Below are positions 9,729-20,327 of a stretch of 64,000 bases of DNA, piece by piece; within the stretch, counting starts at the first letter, position 1; the number at the start of each line of letters is the position of its first letter. The notes below the pieces were generated by a model. It searched no databases. It was not told where the DNA came from and saw only the letters and a program-made list of their open reading frames with translations. The stretch spans positions 300,555-364,554 of IMG/VR virus record IMGVR_UViG_3300042350_002797; one strand, written 5' to 3'. The position numbers were made by a program, and so were the translations under genes.

Positions 9729-11000
9729 TTATGATGATCTTAAAAACCAAAGATCTTTATAGGTTGTGTTACCAGTTCTTATAGGTATATAAGTTTCTCC
9801 ACCGATAGTGTAGGAACTGCCTGTGACAAAATAATCGGTCATAGCAGTGGTACCATTCATTCCTTTGTATATACCTGGTGCTGTACCTATGGCAGTGCTC
9901 ATGTTATCCATTTGATTTAGGCAAAATACTACAGGATATACTGGCGGCACACTTAATCCTGTAGAAGTGTCTGCGACAACACCGTCAGCATAATAATAAT
10001 AACCAGAATTACTATTGTATTGACCCCAATTACTGTTTAAGGGACTATGAAACAGGGGCATTCTTAATATTCTATTTGAGTGATAGCTAGTGGATCCTAT
10101 CATTGATATCCTATTCCAACCATCCATACCAGTTATAGCACAGGTCTGGGTACTAGTTCCGGTTCTGCTACCAAAAATTCCAGTAGTAGTTCCTGGAGCA
10201 AATTGTGTGCCAGCAGAATTAATTGTGGCTCCCCAAGCTGCCGCTGATTCTGTATGATTATATTGATTACTCGATGTAGTGGTAGTAATACCATTGGTGT
10301 TCTCTCTTCTTGTATAAGAAAAGTGAACCCAAGGAGGATTATCCGTTCTGTTAATTTCCCAGCCGCCTACGGTTCTAATACCAAAATACCATAGATAATC
10401 AGGAGTCACAATGATCAAATAATTAGCAGTTATGGCTACAGTTACGGTTCTGGCTTCATCAAATCGCAGTTTATGAGTAGGGCTGGTACTACTTCCTGGG
10501 CAACTAACAGCGGTCGCTCCTGATGTATACTGAGCATTAAGTGGTTGGCTATAATAAGCAGCTTCTGCACTAGTAATCGCTACGCTAGCAGGGTTGCTAG
10601 TAGTACATCCGCACCACCATCTAAGACCTGGATAACTAGTAAAACTACTGTTATACGGATAGTCATGAGGTCCTATCACAATTCTATAATAAGGATAAGT
10701 AGACTTTCCTGAAGCTTTGTATAAATCTAAATACTGAGCAGCAGCGGACCCACTGAACGTAGATGCATTGGTATAATGATTACTAGTGCCCGCAGTCCAC
10801 CCTCCTGCTTCAGTATTAGAAATTACTGTAATACAGTTTAAGCTATTGTTTCGTGTGCCAGAACTGTTTACTGGTCCGCAGGTTGGTGTTGAACCTGCTG
10901 CTGCTGTAGCAATGGCGTGTATACTGGCTAAAACATTGTAGTTATACGAAGTTTGACTATTAGCGTGACCGCCGACTGCTGGATCTATTGTACATAACAT
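9729..11000 (-). CDS. Ser/Thr-rich putative virion protein
   Basis: 423 aa, S/T/G-rich, in the fibre operon. Confidence 0.65.
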   Translation of the reverse strand: MLCTIDPAVGGHANSQTSYNYNVLASIHAIATAAAGSTPTCGPVNSSGTRNNSLNCITVISNTEAGGWTAGTSNHYTNASTFSGSAAAQYLDLYKASGKSTYPYYRIVIGPHDYPYNSSFTSYPGLRWWCGCTTSNPASVAITSAEAAYYSQPLNAQYTSGATAVSCPGSSTSPTHKLRFDEARTVTVAITANYLIIVTPDYLWYFGIRTVGGWEINRTDNPPWVHFSYTRRENTNGITTTTSSNQYNHTESAAAWGATINSAGTQFAPGTTTGIFGSRTGTSTQTCAITGMDGWNRISMIGSTSYHSNRILRMPLFHSPLNSNWGQYNSNSGYYYYADGVVADTSTGLSVPPVYPVVFCLNQMDNMSTAIGTAPGIYKGMNGTTAMTDYFVTGSSYTIGGETYIPIRTGNTTYKDLWFLRSS

Positions 11001-11008
11001 ATTATTTT

Positions 11009-11827
11009 TTATCCTTCTGCAACTACTGCATAATCGTTAGATACACATCGCGGTGTACCATTAATATTGTATACGGTATCGTTTACAATTAAGTTATTAC
11101 CAAGTTTGAATAATCCGTAAATACCAAACGCACTAAAGCCTTGATTAGTGTGACTTAAAAATACTGGGTTTTCGATAACTACACCTTGGTTACTGGCATT
11201 ACTCTTAAATGTAGGTGCTGTTAAATTAGTTAAGCTGCCGCTTAAACTAGCATAACCAGAACTTGATCCTGCTATTGAATAGGCATAAGGTATGTTAAAT
11301 GTCGAATCACTGGTTTTAACGAAGGCCATTTTCATATTACTAGTATATGTGGCAGTAATACCATTTTGTCCCATATCAAATAGTCCAAAACCTATACCAC
11401 TAAATGGACTATTAAAGAACACACAGTTATTATTCATTATGATATTAATACCTGACGGAAACTGATCAGATCCGACATAAGGGCTGGCTTGTAAATTTAC
11501 AGTATGTGCTACACTGTTTAATAAAGTATCCGTACCTGAGGTATAATCCTGTGCTACAGTAAAAGTAGTCAATGTCGTACCACTAAATGTTAGTCTAAAA
11601 TAGTGTGTGGTTGAGACACTGCCATGAGTTTTACTAAAGGTATATGAAGTTCCATTTACTTTAAGTAATTTTACTGAGGGATAGGTTCCTGAAAATGAAC
11701 TTTGAGCTGTGTTCGCACCTGCGCTTAATCCACCAGTTCCGGTAATAGTGCCATCTAATATACCTACAATATCTGCAATAAAATTAGCACTACTAATTGT
11801 GCTTAACATTCTATATTTTACTAACAC
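11009..11827 (-). CDS. Ser/Thr-rich putative virion protein
   Basis: Likely GTG start after GGAGGAG; beta-rich composition. Confidence 0.6.
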   Translation of the reverse strand: MLVKYRMLSTISSANFIADIVGILDGTITGTGGLSAGANTAQSSFSGTYPSVKLLKVNGTSYTFSKTHGSVSTTHYFRLTFSGTTLTTFTVAQDYTSGTDTLLNSVAHTVNLQASPYVGSDQFPSGINIIMNNNCVFFNSPFSGIGFGLFDMGQNGITATYTSNMKMAFVKTSDSTFNIPYAYSIAGSSSGYASLSGSLTNLTAPTFKSNASNQGVVIENPVFLSHTNQGFSAFGIYGLFKLGNNLIVNDTVYNINGTPRCVSNDYAVVAEG

Positions 11828-11828
11828 G

Positions 11829-12122
11829 TTATTCTCCTCCTTCTGATGGTTCTGGAGCAGGTTCTTCAATTATGGGTTCAGGTAATGGAAGTTCTAAAAA
11901 TGCCGTAAAATTTTGATCTTCTACTGTAGTATTTCTTGTGTACACAATCCAAGTACCGTTGATATTAGAAACTACTGCATCTATTAAATTAGTACCAGCT
12001 GCTCGCGCGAAATCCAATGTTATGAATTCTACAGGATCTGTACCTGAATCTACTTCTCCGGAAAAAACATATATTTTTGCAGGATCTTTTCCAAATAAAT
12101 TTTCTAAATCTTCACTGTTCAT
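11829..12122 (-). CDS. Acidic hypothetical protein
   Basis: ORF with TAAATA upstream. Confidence 0.6.
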   Translation of the reverse strand: MNSEDLENLFGKDPAKIYVFSGEVDSGTDPVEFITLDFARAAGTNLIDAVVSNINGTWIVYTRNTTVEDQNFTAFLELPLPEPIIEEPAPEPSEGGE

Positions 12123-12165
12123 AATGCTCTCTTTATGTTATTTATCAACGTATATTTTTGATTTA

Positions 12166-12930
12166 TTATGTAGGAGTATATTTAATTTTTACAAATAAAT
12201 CAATTATAGAAGTGTTACTAGTAATATCAATAGTCAGGTAATCAGTGGTCAGCAAACTTACATTTATATTTACGGGTGTCATCGCATACTGATTTTGACT
12301 GATACTAAAGGTTGTGCCAATACTAGTGCCATTTTTCTTTATAATAAAAGTAAATGCGCCACTGGCTGACGGACTTGATACATTAGCATAAACTGTGCTA
12401 AGTGTTACATTCTGCGGGGAATAAAATCTAGAAATACCGCTATAGGCATTACTAATTGTGCCCGTTGTTGCCATAGTTACATAAGTAGATCCATCGAGTC
12501 CTCTACTTCCTGTATATCCATTTGGTGGTCCTTCGCTACCTGTGTATCCTACGACTCTTCCTACATCGGTAAAACTACTACCGCCCCATACCCAAAGATT
12601 ACCAGTATCGGAAGTAATATAACCGTCACCGATATCTCCAACGTATGGATCTGGAAGATTCGCACTAGATGCGACTGTGCCTACAATAGTTACACTAGTA
12701 CCATTAGTTCCATTTGTACCAGAGGAGCCAGTATATCCTTGACTACCAGTATAACCAATAGCTGCTGCTTCACCGGGTGCACCTTGACTACCAGTAAATC
12801 CAACACTACCGGTATATCCTGTGGTCACACTGGATGCTTGCCATGCTCGGCCGTTCCAAATCCATTTTTTAGTTCCAAAAGTATAGACTTGATTTAATGT
12901 AGGATTGGCAGGAAAATTTACTGTAGTCAT
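12166..12930 (-). CDS. Short collagen-like fibre protein
   Basis: FPANP...W.WNG.AW N-domain, G[YF]TGS repeats, C-terminal beta domain. Confidence 0.75.
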   Translation of the reverse strand: MTTVNFPANPTLNQVYTFGTKKWIWNGRAWQASSVTTGYTGSVGFTGSQGAPGEAAAIGYTGSQGYTGSSGTNGTNGTSVTIVGTVASSANLPDPYVGDIGDGYITSDTGNLWVWGGSSFTDVGRVVGYTGSEGPPNGYTGSRGLDGSTYVTMATTGTISNAYSGISRFYSPQNVTLSTVYANVSSPSASGAFTFIIKKNGTSIGTTFSISQNQYAMTPVNINVSLLTTDYLTIDITSNTSIIDLFVKIKYTPT

Positions 12931-12939
12931 GATCTAATT

Positions 12940-15900
12940 TTATTTAATCTGTAAAGCTGCAATAGGCGGCGTAAAGTTTGTTGTATATCGCGCATATCCT
13001 TTAGTAATCCTAATGTCGTCCATGTATCCACTAAAATCATTAGTGCTAGTACTATATTGCATACCTACGCACAAAGGTAAGGCACTAGTTAAAGATGTAC
13101 TATTTGTTGCAGATGCTACTTGTACACCGTCTATGAACATTCTATTTGTAGCACTTGCTCTAGTAACTGCCACATGGTACCATTGTCCAGTAGTGATTCG
13201 AGATGCATTAGAATCCTGCAACAACACGGTTGATGCTCCTACTAGAAATGTTAAAGATGTTCCAGTTGATCTCCAATATAATTGCCAACTATTAGCATTG
13301 CCTGTGATCCAACGATCTAATATTATCCTGTTAGAAGTCAATGCATTGAAATATACCCAAAGTTCTATAGTGAAATCGCCAGTTCCAAAATCTAAAACTA
13401 TGTTGCTTGGCATAAACGCAGCATCATCTGTACCATCAAACAATAATGAAGTATTATTATATTTTGTAATGTTGCTAACTAGTCGTGTATTATTTAAGAT
13501 TTCAATGTTATTATTAGATGTATAATCAACAATTCCACTGTGTGTACCATTTAATAATAGTACTGTATGAGAAATAGCAGTTAATGGCGCCGTTGGTGGC
13601 ACAAAATTTGATGTATATAACGCTGTGCCTTTTAATACTCTTAAATTAGAAATATAACCATTTAATAAATTAGTATTATTGTATCCAGCACCAATTTTTG
13701 GTGGACCTATCACATAATTATTGGTATCAGTATAAGTCGATCCTACTTGTACTCCATTTAAAAACAATTTTGTACTCGATCCGCTACGTGCCACTGCTAT
13801 GTGATGCCATTGTCCAGAAACTAATGTAGGTCCAGTAATTCTATTCGCTCCAGCAAAATAAGTTAATGCTCCAGAACTTAAATATATAACTGGAGATATT
13901 GTAGTTGTGCCTGTTCTTGAATCATAAAGTGTTCCTGTAGTTCCTGAAATCAGATACAGATAACCTTCTATAGTAAAATCTAATGTACTAAGTGTAAATG
14001 CTGCATTACTTGGTAGATCTAAATAATCTCCAGTACCATCAAAGGAAAAACTTCCTCCTACAGTAGAAACACTATATTCACCATTATAACTAATATTATT
14101 TCCAAATGGGTTAAATGTTCTCGGAGCTGCATCACCATTAGCTGTTATAGTAAAATTATTTGTACTATTGTCTATAAAACGACTACTTTGGCATGTTAAT
14201 AAACTTGTGCCTGCTATTGCCGTTAGTGGAGTAGTACTTGGTGTAAAGTTTCCTGTGTAAACCGCTGTGCCTTTAACAATACGAAGGTCAGAAAGATACC
14301 CACCGTAGTTAAATGCTGTACTAGTGTATCGTTGACCTATTCTAAAAGTTGTTGAGGAAACATAATCAACTGTATCGGCCCAAGGTGTTCCTTCCTCGAC
14401 ACCATTTAAATATAACCTAGTTGTTCCGTTATTTCTGACGACGGCGGCATGATACCACTGATTCGCAGTTAGTGTTGTAGTTCCTGTTATCCTAGTTACA
14501 TTGGTTGTAAAATAGTATAGTCGATTGGAAGCGTCTATCCATATTAACGGATGTGCAGAAGTATCAGAGGTTCTCGGATCTATGATTGCCTTGACTGCTG
14601 AATTGATAATAGTTGGATACATCCAAAATTCAATTGTAAAATTTGCAGATGCTCCGAACGCAGTATCTACGTTCGATATGTCAACATAATCTCCCGTACC
14701 ATCAAAATAAGCACTATAACTTTTAGGTGTTATTCTTACAGGAGCAAATGGATTAAATTTTTGAACACTTACATCAGCATTTCGTGTAATAGAAATATTA
14801 TAAGGACTACTGTCTATTATTCTAGTACTTTGACAAGTTAATAGTCTAGTATTTGTAATAACCTCAAGTGGTGTTGTAGAAGGTGTAAAGTTTGTTGTAT
14901 AAAGACTCGTGCCTACTACTAACCTTAGATTACTGATATATCCAGTATGATTTCTTTGAGTTGTTCCATCGTTTGATTTACCTATGTTTAAAGCTCCTGC
15001 TGGATAATTATTTGTATCTGAGTAATTAGATCCAACCTGTACTCCGTTTATGAACATTTTAGTAACATTGCTCGATCGAGATACAGCAACATGTTGCCAA
15101 GTACGTAGTAACACAGCAGAAGTGCCAGAAGTTATTCTGTTACCTGCTGCAACATACCAAGCATATCCATTTACGTTAGTTAATTCGATCACCGGTTGTA
15201 TTACAGATGCACCGTTTGTTCCAGCTCGTTGATCATATATAGTTGCGTTAGTAGGTAAAGATGCTAGTTCTACATAAATCCAAAACTCTAAAGTAAAATC
15301 TGATGTGCCGATAGTTAATGCAGAATTACTAAGACTTAAAAAATCTCCAGTACCATCAAAGTAATTACTCCATCCAGTTAGACTAAATGGACTGCGTGAT
15401 CCCTGTGTTGCATTTCCAAATCTAGTTACAGTATGATCTAATCCGGAATTGTCTAACACACGAGTATTAGTTTCACTTACTCTATTTTGTAGTGTAAGTA
15501 AACTAGTATTTGTTATTGCTGTCAGTGGCTGTGTGGGTGGAGTAAAGGCAGCAGTGTAAACAGCAGTGCCTTTTACTATCCTAACATTAGATATATATCC
15601 ATTGTATGTTTCAGAACTTCGACTTATAGTCCAGTTAGCAACACTTGAGGCAATAGTACCAGAATTAGTAACAGGAGTACCAACACTTACTCCATTCACA
15701 TACAAAGAAAAATTAGAACCATTTCTAACACATGCTACATGATACCAAGTCGAAGCTCCAGGTAATGTATGATTAATATTAATAGATGTTCCTGGGTTAG
15801 CAAAAAATTGCAATTGTCCACTGCTAATTCTTAATAAAAATCTAGTCGGAGCGTTATTCCAAGCATCCAGTATACATTGTGTACCTGCTGTTGTATTCGG

Positions 15901-17733
15901 ATATATCCAACATTCTAACGTGAAATTACCAGATCCAAAATCAAAAGCTGAGTTACCAGGAACTGTTATGACGTCTGCTGATCCGTCAAAATAACCGCTA
16001 CCTGTAATTAAATCAGTTTCTTCAAATTTACCAAAATTTGAAATTAGTGTGCCGTTGTACCCAGTCACAGCTAAAGCATTTACACCAGTATCTAAAAATC
16101 TATTACTTTGCAGTGCAAGAACTGTCGTATTGGCGCCAGCTGTTAACTTACTTGTAGGTACAACAAAAGATGCTCCTGTATATAAACACTCGTTTTTTGT
16201 TACTCGAAAGTTACTGATGTAACCTTTAGCACTTGTTTGTGCCACATTACCAGTTCTAACACCTATAGTAAACGTTCCAGATGCTAAACCATAAGATGAT
16301 GTAAAAAAACTTCCTGTAGTTTCTTCCCACTGACGCACTCCATCAACATACACTCTTAAGGACGTTCCATCTCTACATAGTGCATAGTGACTCCATTTGT
16401 TAGCTGGAGGAGCAGTGCCGCCGCTTTTATATAATCCGCCTGCTCCATACATCATATTATTGCCAGCAGGGTGAACCATATAACAAGTGAATTCTCCACT
16501 ACTACCTCCGTCTCCAGGAGTATTTGTAAATATCACAGGATAAGCAGGTCCTGAAGGATCTCTAAAAACAAAACATTCAATAGTAAAATGTCCTGTACCA
16601 AACTGCACAGCTGTTCCATTAGGAAACCCAATATAATCATCAACTCCATCAAGATACGCACTATATTGAGTTTCGTAAGGGCTAAATGAAGACGGTCTAG
16701 CATCAGTGTAAGTGAGCGTGAGTTTGTTTGTACTAGAATCTTGTATCCAGAAACTAGATGATTTATATCCACTCAATAACAACGAAGTAACTGTAAAAAA
16801 CGGATCTCCTGGTAGAACTACAGACCAAGAAATATTTCTTGTCGCTGATCTATTTGTGATATTTGCTGTAGCAGTTAATGTAGTTGAAATAGATTCTAAA
16901 ACAGTTGGTGTTCCTGAAATAGTATCACCACTAAGACTGATTCCGGACGGTAGCACATCAGCAGAATAGGTTATAGACTTACCGGCTGCACTGGTAGCCA
17001 ATAAAGTTATAGGATCAATAGGAATAGTTTGCTCCAACTCATAATTTGAATTATTTGCAGGAGCATTCCATGTAACTACATCAGTGTTGATAGTAAGACT
17101 ATAACTTCTAAATGAATCTTGTCCTTCTTGATCTGTAGCTTTTACTGTAAAACTGTAAGTAGTTATTCCACTATCTACGGGACTAGTTCCACTTAACACA
17201 CCAGAACTAGATAGCGTAACACCAGATGGTAAAGTTCCGGCACTTATAGTATAAGTAACCGCACTGTCGCTTGTTGCTGAAATTGTTTCGTTAATAGAAT
17301 TAGTTTCATAAAAAGATCCTATACTGCCAGCTGCTGGACTTACAAACGTCGGAACTCCACTGTACACTATACCTGGAACTAATAAAGCTGCTCTCCCGTT
17401 GCCATTATTAACTAATAATGAATATGTTCCGCTGGCTTTAGCAATACTAGTAAAAGCTAATCTTGTAGGATCTAAGAATGTAACTGTGTTTATAGTAGTA
17501 CCGTCTAGTTGAACAGTAGCATTTGGACTAAATCCTGCGCCATGGATTACTATAGTTTGACTACCGGCAAGATCAAGCGCAACATCGTCTAATGGTACAT
17601 ATGTTCCTAATTCACAAACATCGTAGCTTTGAATTGTCGGGGACGGTGTTTGTGTCTCATAGAAATGTTGAGGAAGTTTGGTTAAGCCTTCTGAATCATT
17701 AGTTCGTCGACCTATTCTTCCTTTGTTATACAT
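12940..17733 (-). CDS. Large LamG/ConA-like repeat virion protein with IPT/Ig-like N-terminus
   Basis: Six [YF]DG.gDy...FT.E.W...W.H.A..R...GY.S..R...G repeats; LPSGVTLSSSGVLSGT Ig-like motifs. Confidence 0.85.
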   Translation of the reverse strand: MYNKGRIGRRTNDSEGLTKLPQHFYETQTPSPTIQSYDVCELGTYVPLDDVALDLAGSQTIVIHGAGFSPNATVQLDGTTINTVTFLDPTRLAFTSIAKASGTYSLLVNNGNGRAALLVPGIVYSGVPTFVSPAAGSIGSFYETNSINETISATSDSAVTYTISAGTLPSGVTLSSSGVLSGTSPVDSGITTYSFTVKATDQEGQDSFRSYSLTINTDVVTWNAPANNSNYELEQTIPIDPITLLATSAAGKSITYSADVLPSGISLSGDTISGTPTVLESISTTLTATANITNRSATRNISWSVVLPGDPFFTVTSLLLSGYKSSSFWIQDSSTNKLTLTYTDARPSSFSPYETQYSAYLDGVDDYIGFPNGTAVQFGTGHFTIECFVFRDPSGPAYPVIFTNTPGDGGSSGEFTCYMVHPAGNNMMYGAGGLYKSGGTAPPANKWSHYALCRDGTSLRVYVDGVRQWEETTGSFFTSSYGLASGTFTIGVRTGNVAQTSAKGYISNFRVTKNECLYTGASFVVPTSKLTAGANTTVLALQSNRFLDTGVNALAVTGYNGTLISNFGKFEETDLITGSGYFDGSADVITVPGNSAFDFGSGNFTLECWIYPNTTAGTQCILDAWNNAPTRFLLRISSGQLQFFANPGTSININHTLPGASTWYHVACVRNGSNFSLYVNGVSVGTPVTNSGTIASSVANWTISRSSETYNGYISNVRIVKGTAVYTAAFTPPTQPLTAITNTSLLTLQNRVSETNTRVLDNSGLDHTVTRFGNATQGSRSPFSLTGWSNYFDGTGDFLSLSNSALTIGTSDFTLEFWIYVELASLPTNATIYDQRAGTNGASVIQPVIELTNVNGYAWYVAAGNRITSGTSAVLLRTWQHVAVSRSSNVTKMFINGVQVGSNYSDTNNYPAGALNIGKSNDGTTQRNHTGYISNLRLVVGTSLYTTNFTPSTTPLEVITNTRLLTCQSTRIIDSSPYNISITRNADVSVQKFNPFAPVRITPKSYSAYFDGTGDYVDISNVDTAFGASANFTIEFWMYPTIINSAVKAIIDPRTSDTSAHPLIWIDASNRLYYFTTNVTRITGTTTLTANQWYHAAVVRNNGTTRLYLNGVEEGTPWADTVDYVSSTTFRIGQRYTSTAFNYGGYLSDLRIVKGTAVYTGNFTPSTTPLTAIAGTSLLTCQSSRFIDNSTNNFTITANGDAAPRTFNPFGNNISYNGEYSVSTVGGSFSFDGTGDYLDLPSNAAFTLSTLDFTIEGYLYLISGTTGTLYDSRTGTTTISPVIYLSSGALTYFAGANRITGPTLVSGQWHHIAVARSGSSTKLFLNGVQVGSTYTDTNNYVIGPPKIGAGYNNTNLLNGYISNLRVLKGTALYTSNFVPPTAPLTAISHTVLLLNGTHSGIVDYTSNNNIEILNNTRLVSNITKYNNTSLLFDGTDDAAFMPSNIVLDFGTGDFTIELWVYFNALTSNRIILDRWITGNANSWQLYWRSTGTSLTFLVGASTVLLQDSNASRITTGQWYHVAVTRASATNRMFIDGVQVASATNSTSLTSALPLCVGMQYSTSTNDFSGYMDDIRITKGYARYTTNFTPPIAALQIK

Positions 17734-18091
17734 CGCTGATTTCCTCCCAAGTACAGATAGCTTCTAATCTGTTATTGTTACTTGCAGTTAATCTTAATGC
17801 ATCGCCCTCTAGTAAGTATAAACATAATGATTTATCTATTGGAGTAAAACTAGATTTACTTAATATACTAACTTCATTTACAATTCTGTAAGCAGTGTTG
17901 TTTCTATACAAATCTACTGTCAACGCAGCTGAATTTGATGAATCTACGTTGCTGACGATTACGGCATTAAGTTTATAAATCTTTCCGCTTGAGGAACTAT
18001 TAGTAACTATAGCAGTAGGGCTAGTTGTAACTAACTGTACTTCAGTATTGCCTGCAATATTAATAACATTTACTATGTTTGGATTACTCAT
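17726..18091 (-). CDS. Small beta-sandwich fibre-associated protein
   Basis: 121 aa; LLEGDAL motif resembles IEEGSSV of 19989..20324. Confidence 0.6.
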   Translation of the reverse strand: MSNPNIVNVINIAGNTEVQLVTTSPTAIVTNSSSSGKIYKLNAVIVSNVDSSNSAALTVDLYRNNTAYRIVNEVSILSKSSFTPIDKSLCLYLLEGDALRLTASNNNRLEAICTWEEISDV

Positions 18092-18100
18092 TTTTCTTCC

Positions 18101-19996
18101 TTATCCTCCGAATATCATGGCCATTGCTATAGACTTTCCTGAAGTGGCTGCTGATCCGGTATACCCTGTTGTACCAATAAATCCACTAGCAGCAAGTTCT
18201 ACCCATTGTAGTCCGTCACCGTCATCTGTCCAAATAAATTCTATTCCTAAAGACGAATCAAACCATCTATCTCCTATAGCTGGATTTGCAGGAGGATTAT
18301 CAGAATATGTATAAGTGCTTTCACCTTGACTACCAGTATAACCTATATTTCCAATATCTCCAGTTCTTGAAAAAGTAAGAAACATATCTTCGTTGTTTGT
18401 AAACGGACTAGTGCTTCCTGCTACATAAGTGATTGTTAAATTTACATATGTGGAACTATCTGTTACAGACCCTGATATGGAATAAAATGTAAACGTCTGA
18501 GGATTTGGTTGACTAGTAAATTTTACATAGCCTTTTACAGTTGAATTACTGTCTGCTACTGTTAATAGATACGGTTTAATGTTGTTTGTATAATAATCAA
18601 ATTGACTTATAGCCATCTCAGTGGCTAAGGACAGGTTTGAGTTGTTGACGGCAAATTTTCCAGATCCTGGACTAACATTAAGTGTTGTTGTAGTATTAAA
18701 ATTATATCCAAAAGTGGCGCCGCCAAAATTTCCTGCCAATCCTTTTGAACCAGTGTAACCTATATTTCCCTGACTTCCAGTATAACCAACATCGCCTCGA
18801 CTGCCGCCATACCCGGTATCACCTTGTGATCCGGTATATCCGATATCTCCTTGACTACCAGTGTAGCCGAAACTTCCTGTATATCCGGTATCACCTTGTG
18901 ATCCGGTATATCCGATATCTCCTTGACTACCAGTATAACCTTGACTTCCTGTATAACCAAAACTTCCTGTATATCCGATGTCGCCTTGACTACCGACAAA
19001 TCCAGTTGTTCCTTGACTTCCTGTATAACCTTGACTTCCTGTATAACCTTGAGCTCCATCTGCACCAACATATCCAGCTGCTCCGGTACTACCAGTATAT
19101 CCGATGTCGCCTTGACTACCAGTATAACCAAAACTTCCTGTATATCCGATGTCGCCTTGACTGCCGGTATAACCAAAACTTCCTGTATAGCCAATATCTC
19201 CTTGACTGCCGGTATAGCCAATATCTCCTTGACTACCTGTATAACCAAAACTTCCTGTATATCCGATATCACCTTGTGATCCGGTATATCCAATATCACC
19301 TTTATCTCCTGTACGAGCAAAAGTAATAATTATATCTTCATTATTTGAAAAAGAACTAGCAGTTCCAGAAACATAACTGACTGGTACAGTAAAATACGTA
19401 GAATTATTTGTACTATTAGCAGTGATAGTGAATATAGCGAAATCGTCACTGTTCGCTTTGTTGCTGATTCGTATATGTCCTTTAAGCTGACTAGTGCTTG
19501 CATCGATAGTAGTTAGATATGCATCTAGATTAGCATTATTATCGTCAGTGTCTTGAATATATAAAACACTAGCGGTAGATATATCATTCTGGTTTAGTTT
19601 TAATTTACCTGTTCCAGGAGCAGAATTAGTTGTATTAGTGTCAAATGTATAATCAAAAGTTACCCCGCCAAAATTTCCTTGAGGGCCTTGACTTCCAGTA
19701 TAGCCGAAACTACCAGTATAACCAAAACTTCCTGTATAGCCAATATCACCTTGACTGCCTGTATATCCAATATCACCTTGGCTACCAGTATAACCTTTAA
19801 AGTCATTAGCATAGGTAGTAATGTCGATCCAAGTCCTAGTGCCATCTGTGTCACCAATAAGTACACTAGAATCTACTTGTGGTAAGCCCAAATCAGGTTC
19901 GGCATTACTGACATCTAAATAGTCATAGCGATCTTGATCAAGACTAGCACCTGATTTCTTTTTCTGTTTGCCGCTAACAAGACGACTTTTACTCAT
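18101..19996 (-). CDS. Collagen-like fibre protein with two related globular domains
   Basis: GYTGSQGDI repeats; duplicated GNFGG.TF.Y.F...F.RTGD.G domain. Confidence 0.8.
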   Translation of the reverse strand: MSKSRLVSGKQKKKSGASLDQDRYDYLDVSNAEPDLGLPQVDSSVLIGDTDGTRTWIDITTYANDFKGYTGSQGDIGYTGSQGDIGYTGSFGYTGSFGYTGSQGPQGNFGGVTFDYTFDTNTTNSAPGTGKLKLNQNDISTASVLYIQDTDDNNANLDAYLTTIDASTSQLKGHIRISNKANSDDFAIFTITANSTNNSTYFTVPVSYVSGTASSFSNNEDIIITFARTGDKGDIGYTGSQGDIGYTGSFGYTGSQGDIGYTGSQGDIGYTGSFGYTGSQGDIGYTGSFGYTGSQGDIGYTGSTGAAGYVGADGAQGYTGSQGYTGSQGTTGFVGSQGDIGYTGSFGYTGSQGYTGSQGDIGYTGSQGDTGYTGSFGYTGSQGDIGYTGSQGDTGYGGSRGDVGYTGSQGNIGYTGSKGLAGNFGGATFGYNFNTTTTLNVSPGSGKFAVNNSNLSLATEMAISQFDYYTNNIKPYLLTVADSNSTVKGYVKFTSQPNPQTFTFYSISGSVTDSSTYVNLTITYVAGSTSPFTNNEDMFLTFSRTGDIGNIGYTGSQGESTYTYSDNPPANPAIGDRWFDSSLGIEFIWTDDGDGLQWVELAASGFIGTTGYTGSAATSGKSIAMAMIFGG

Positions 19997-20324
19997 TTGA
20001 CGTTTCCAAAATACTTAAAACTAAATTAACAGCATTGTTAGCACTGACTACAGCTTTAACGCTCGAACCTTCTTCAATAACTAATTTTCCAGTAGTAACT
20101 TCAGCAGCATCATTTGGAGGGATTTCAAATGCATTTAACATTACATAATCTGTATTATTTTTACGCAGAGTAAATGTAATTGTAGCAGCAGTGTTTCCTA
20201 TATTACTAGCTTGAGCTCCTAGAACAATAGTCGTTAGACCTGTTGGTGTTGTATAGATAGTCTGTTCAGACGTAGTTAATTCAAATGCTTTTGTTCTAAA
20301 GGTATTTAAAGGCAAAGTAGCCAT
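19989..20324 (-). CDS. Small beta-sandwich fibre-associated protein
   Basis: Coupled to fibre genes. Confidence 0.6.
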   Translation of the reverse strand: MATLPLNTFRTKAFELTTSEQTIYTTPTGLTTIVLGAQASNIGNTAATITFTLRKNNTDYVMLNAFEIPPNDAAEVTTGKLVIEEGSSVKAVVSANNAVNLVLSILETSNE

Positions 20325-20327
20325 TTA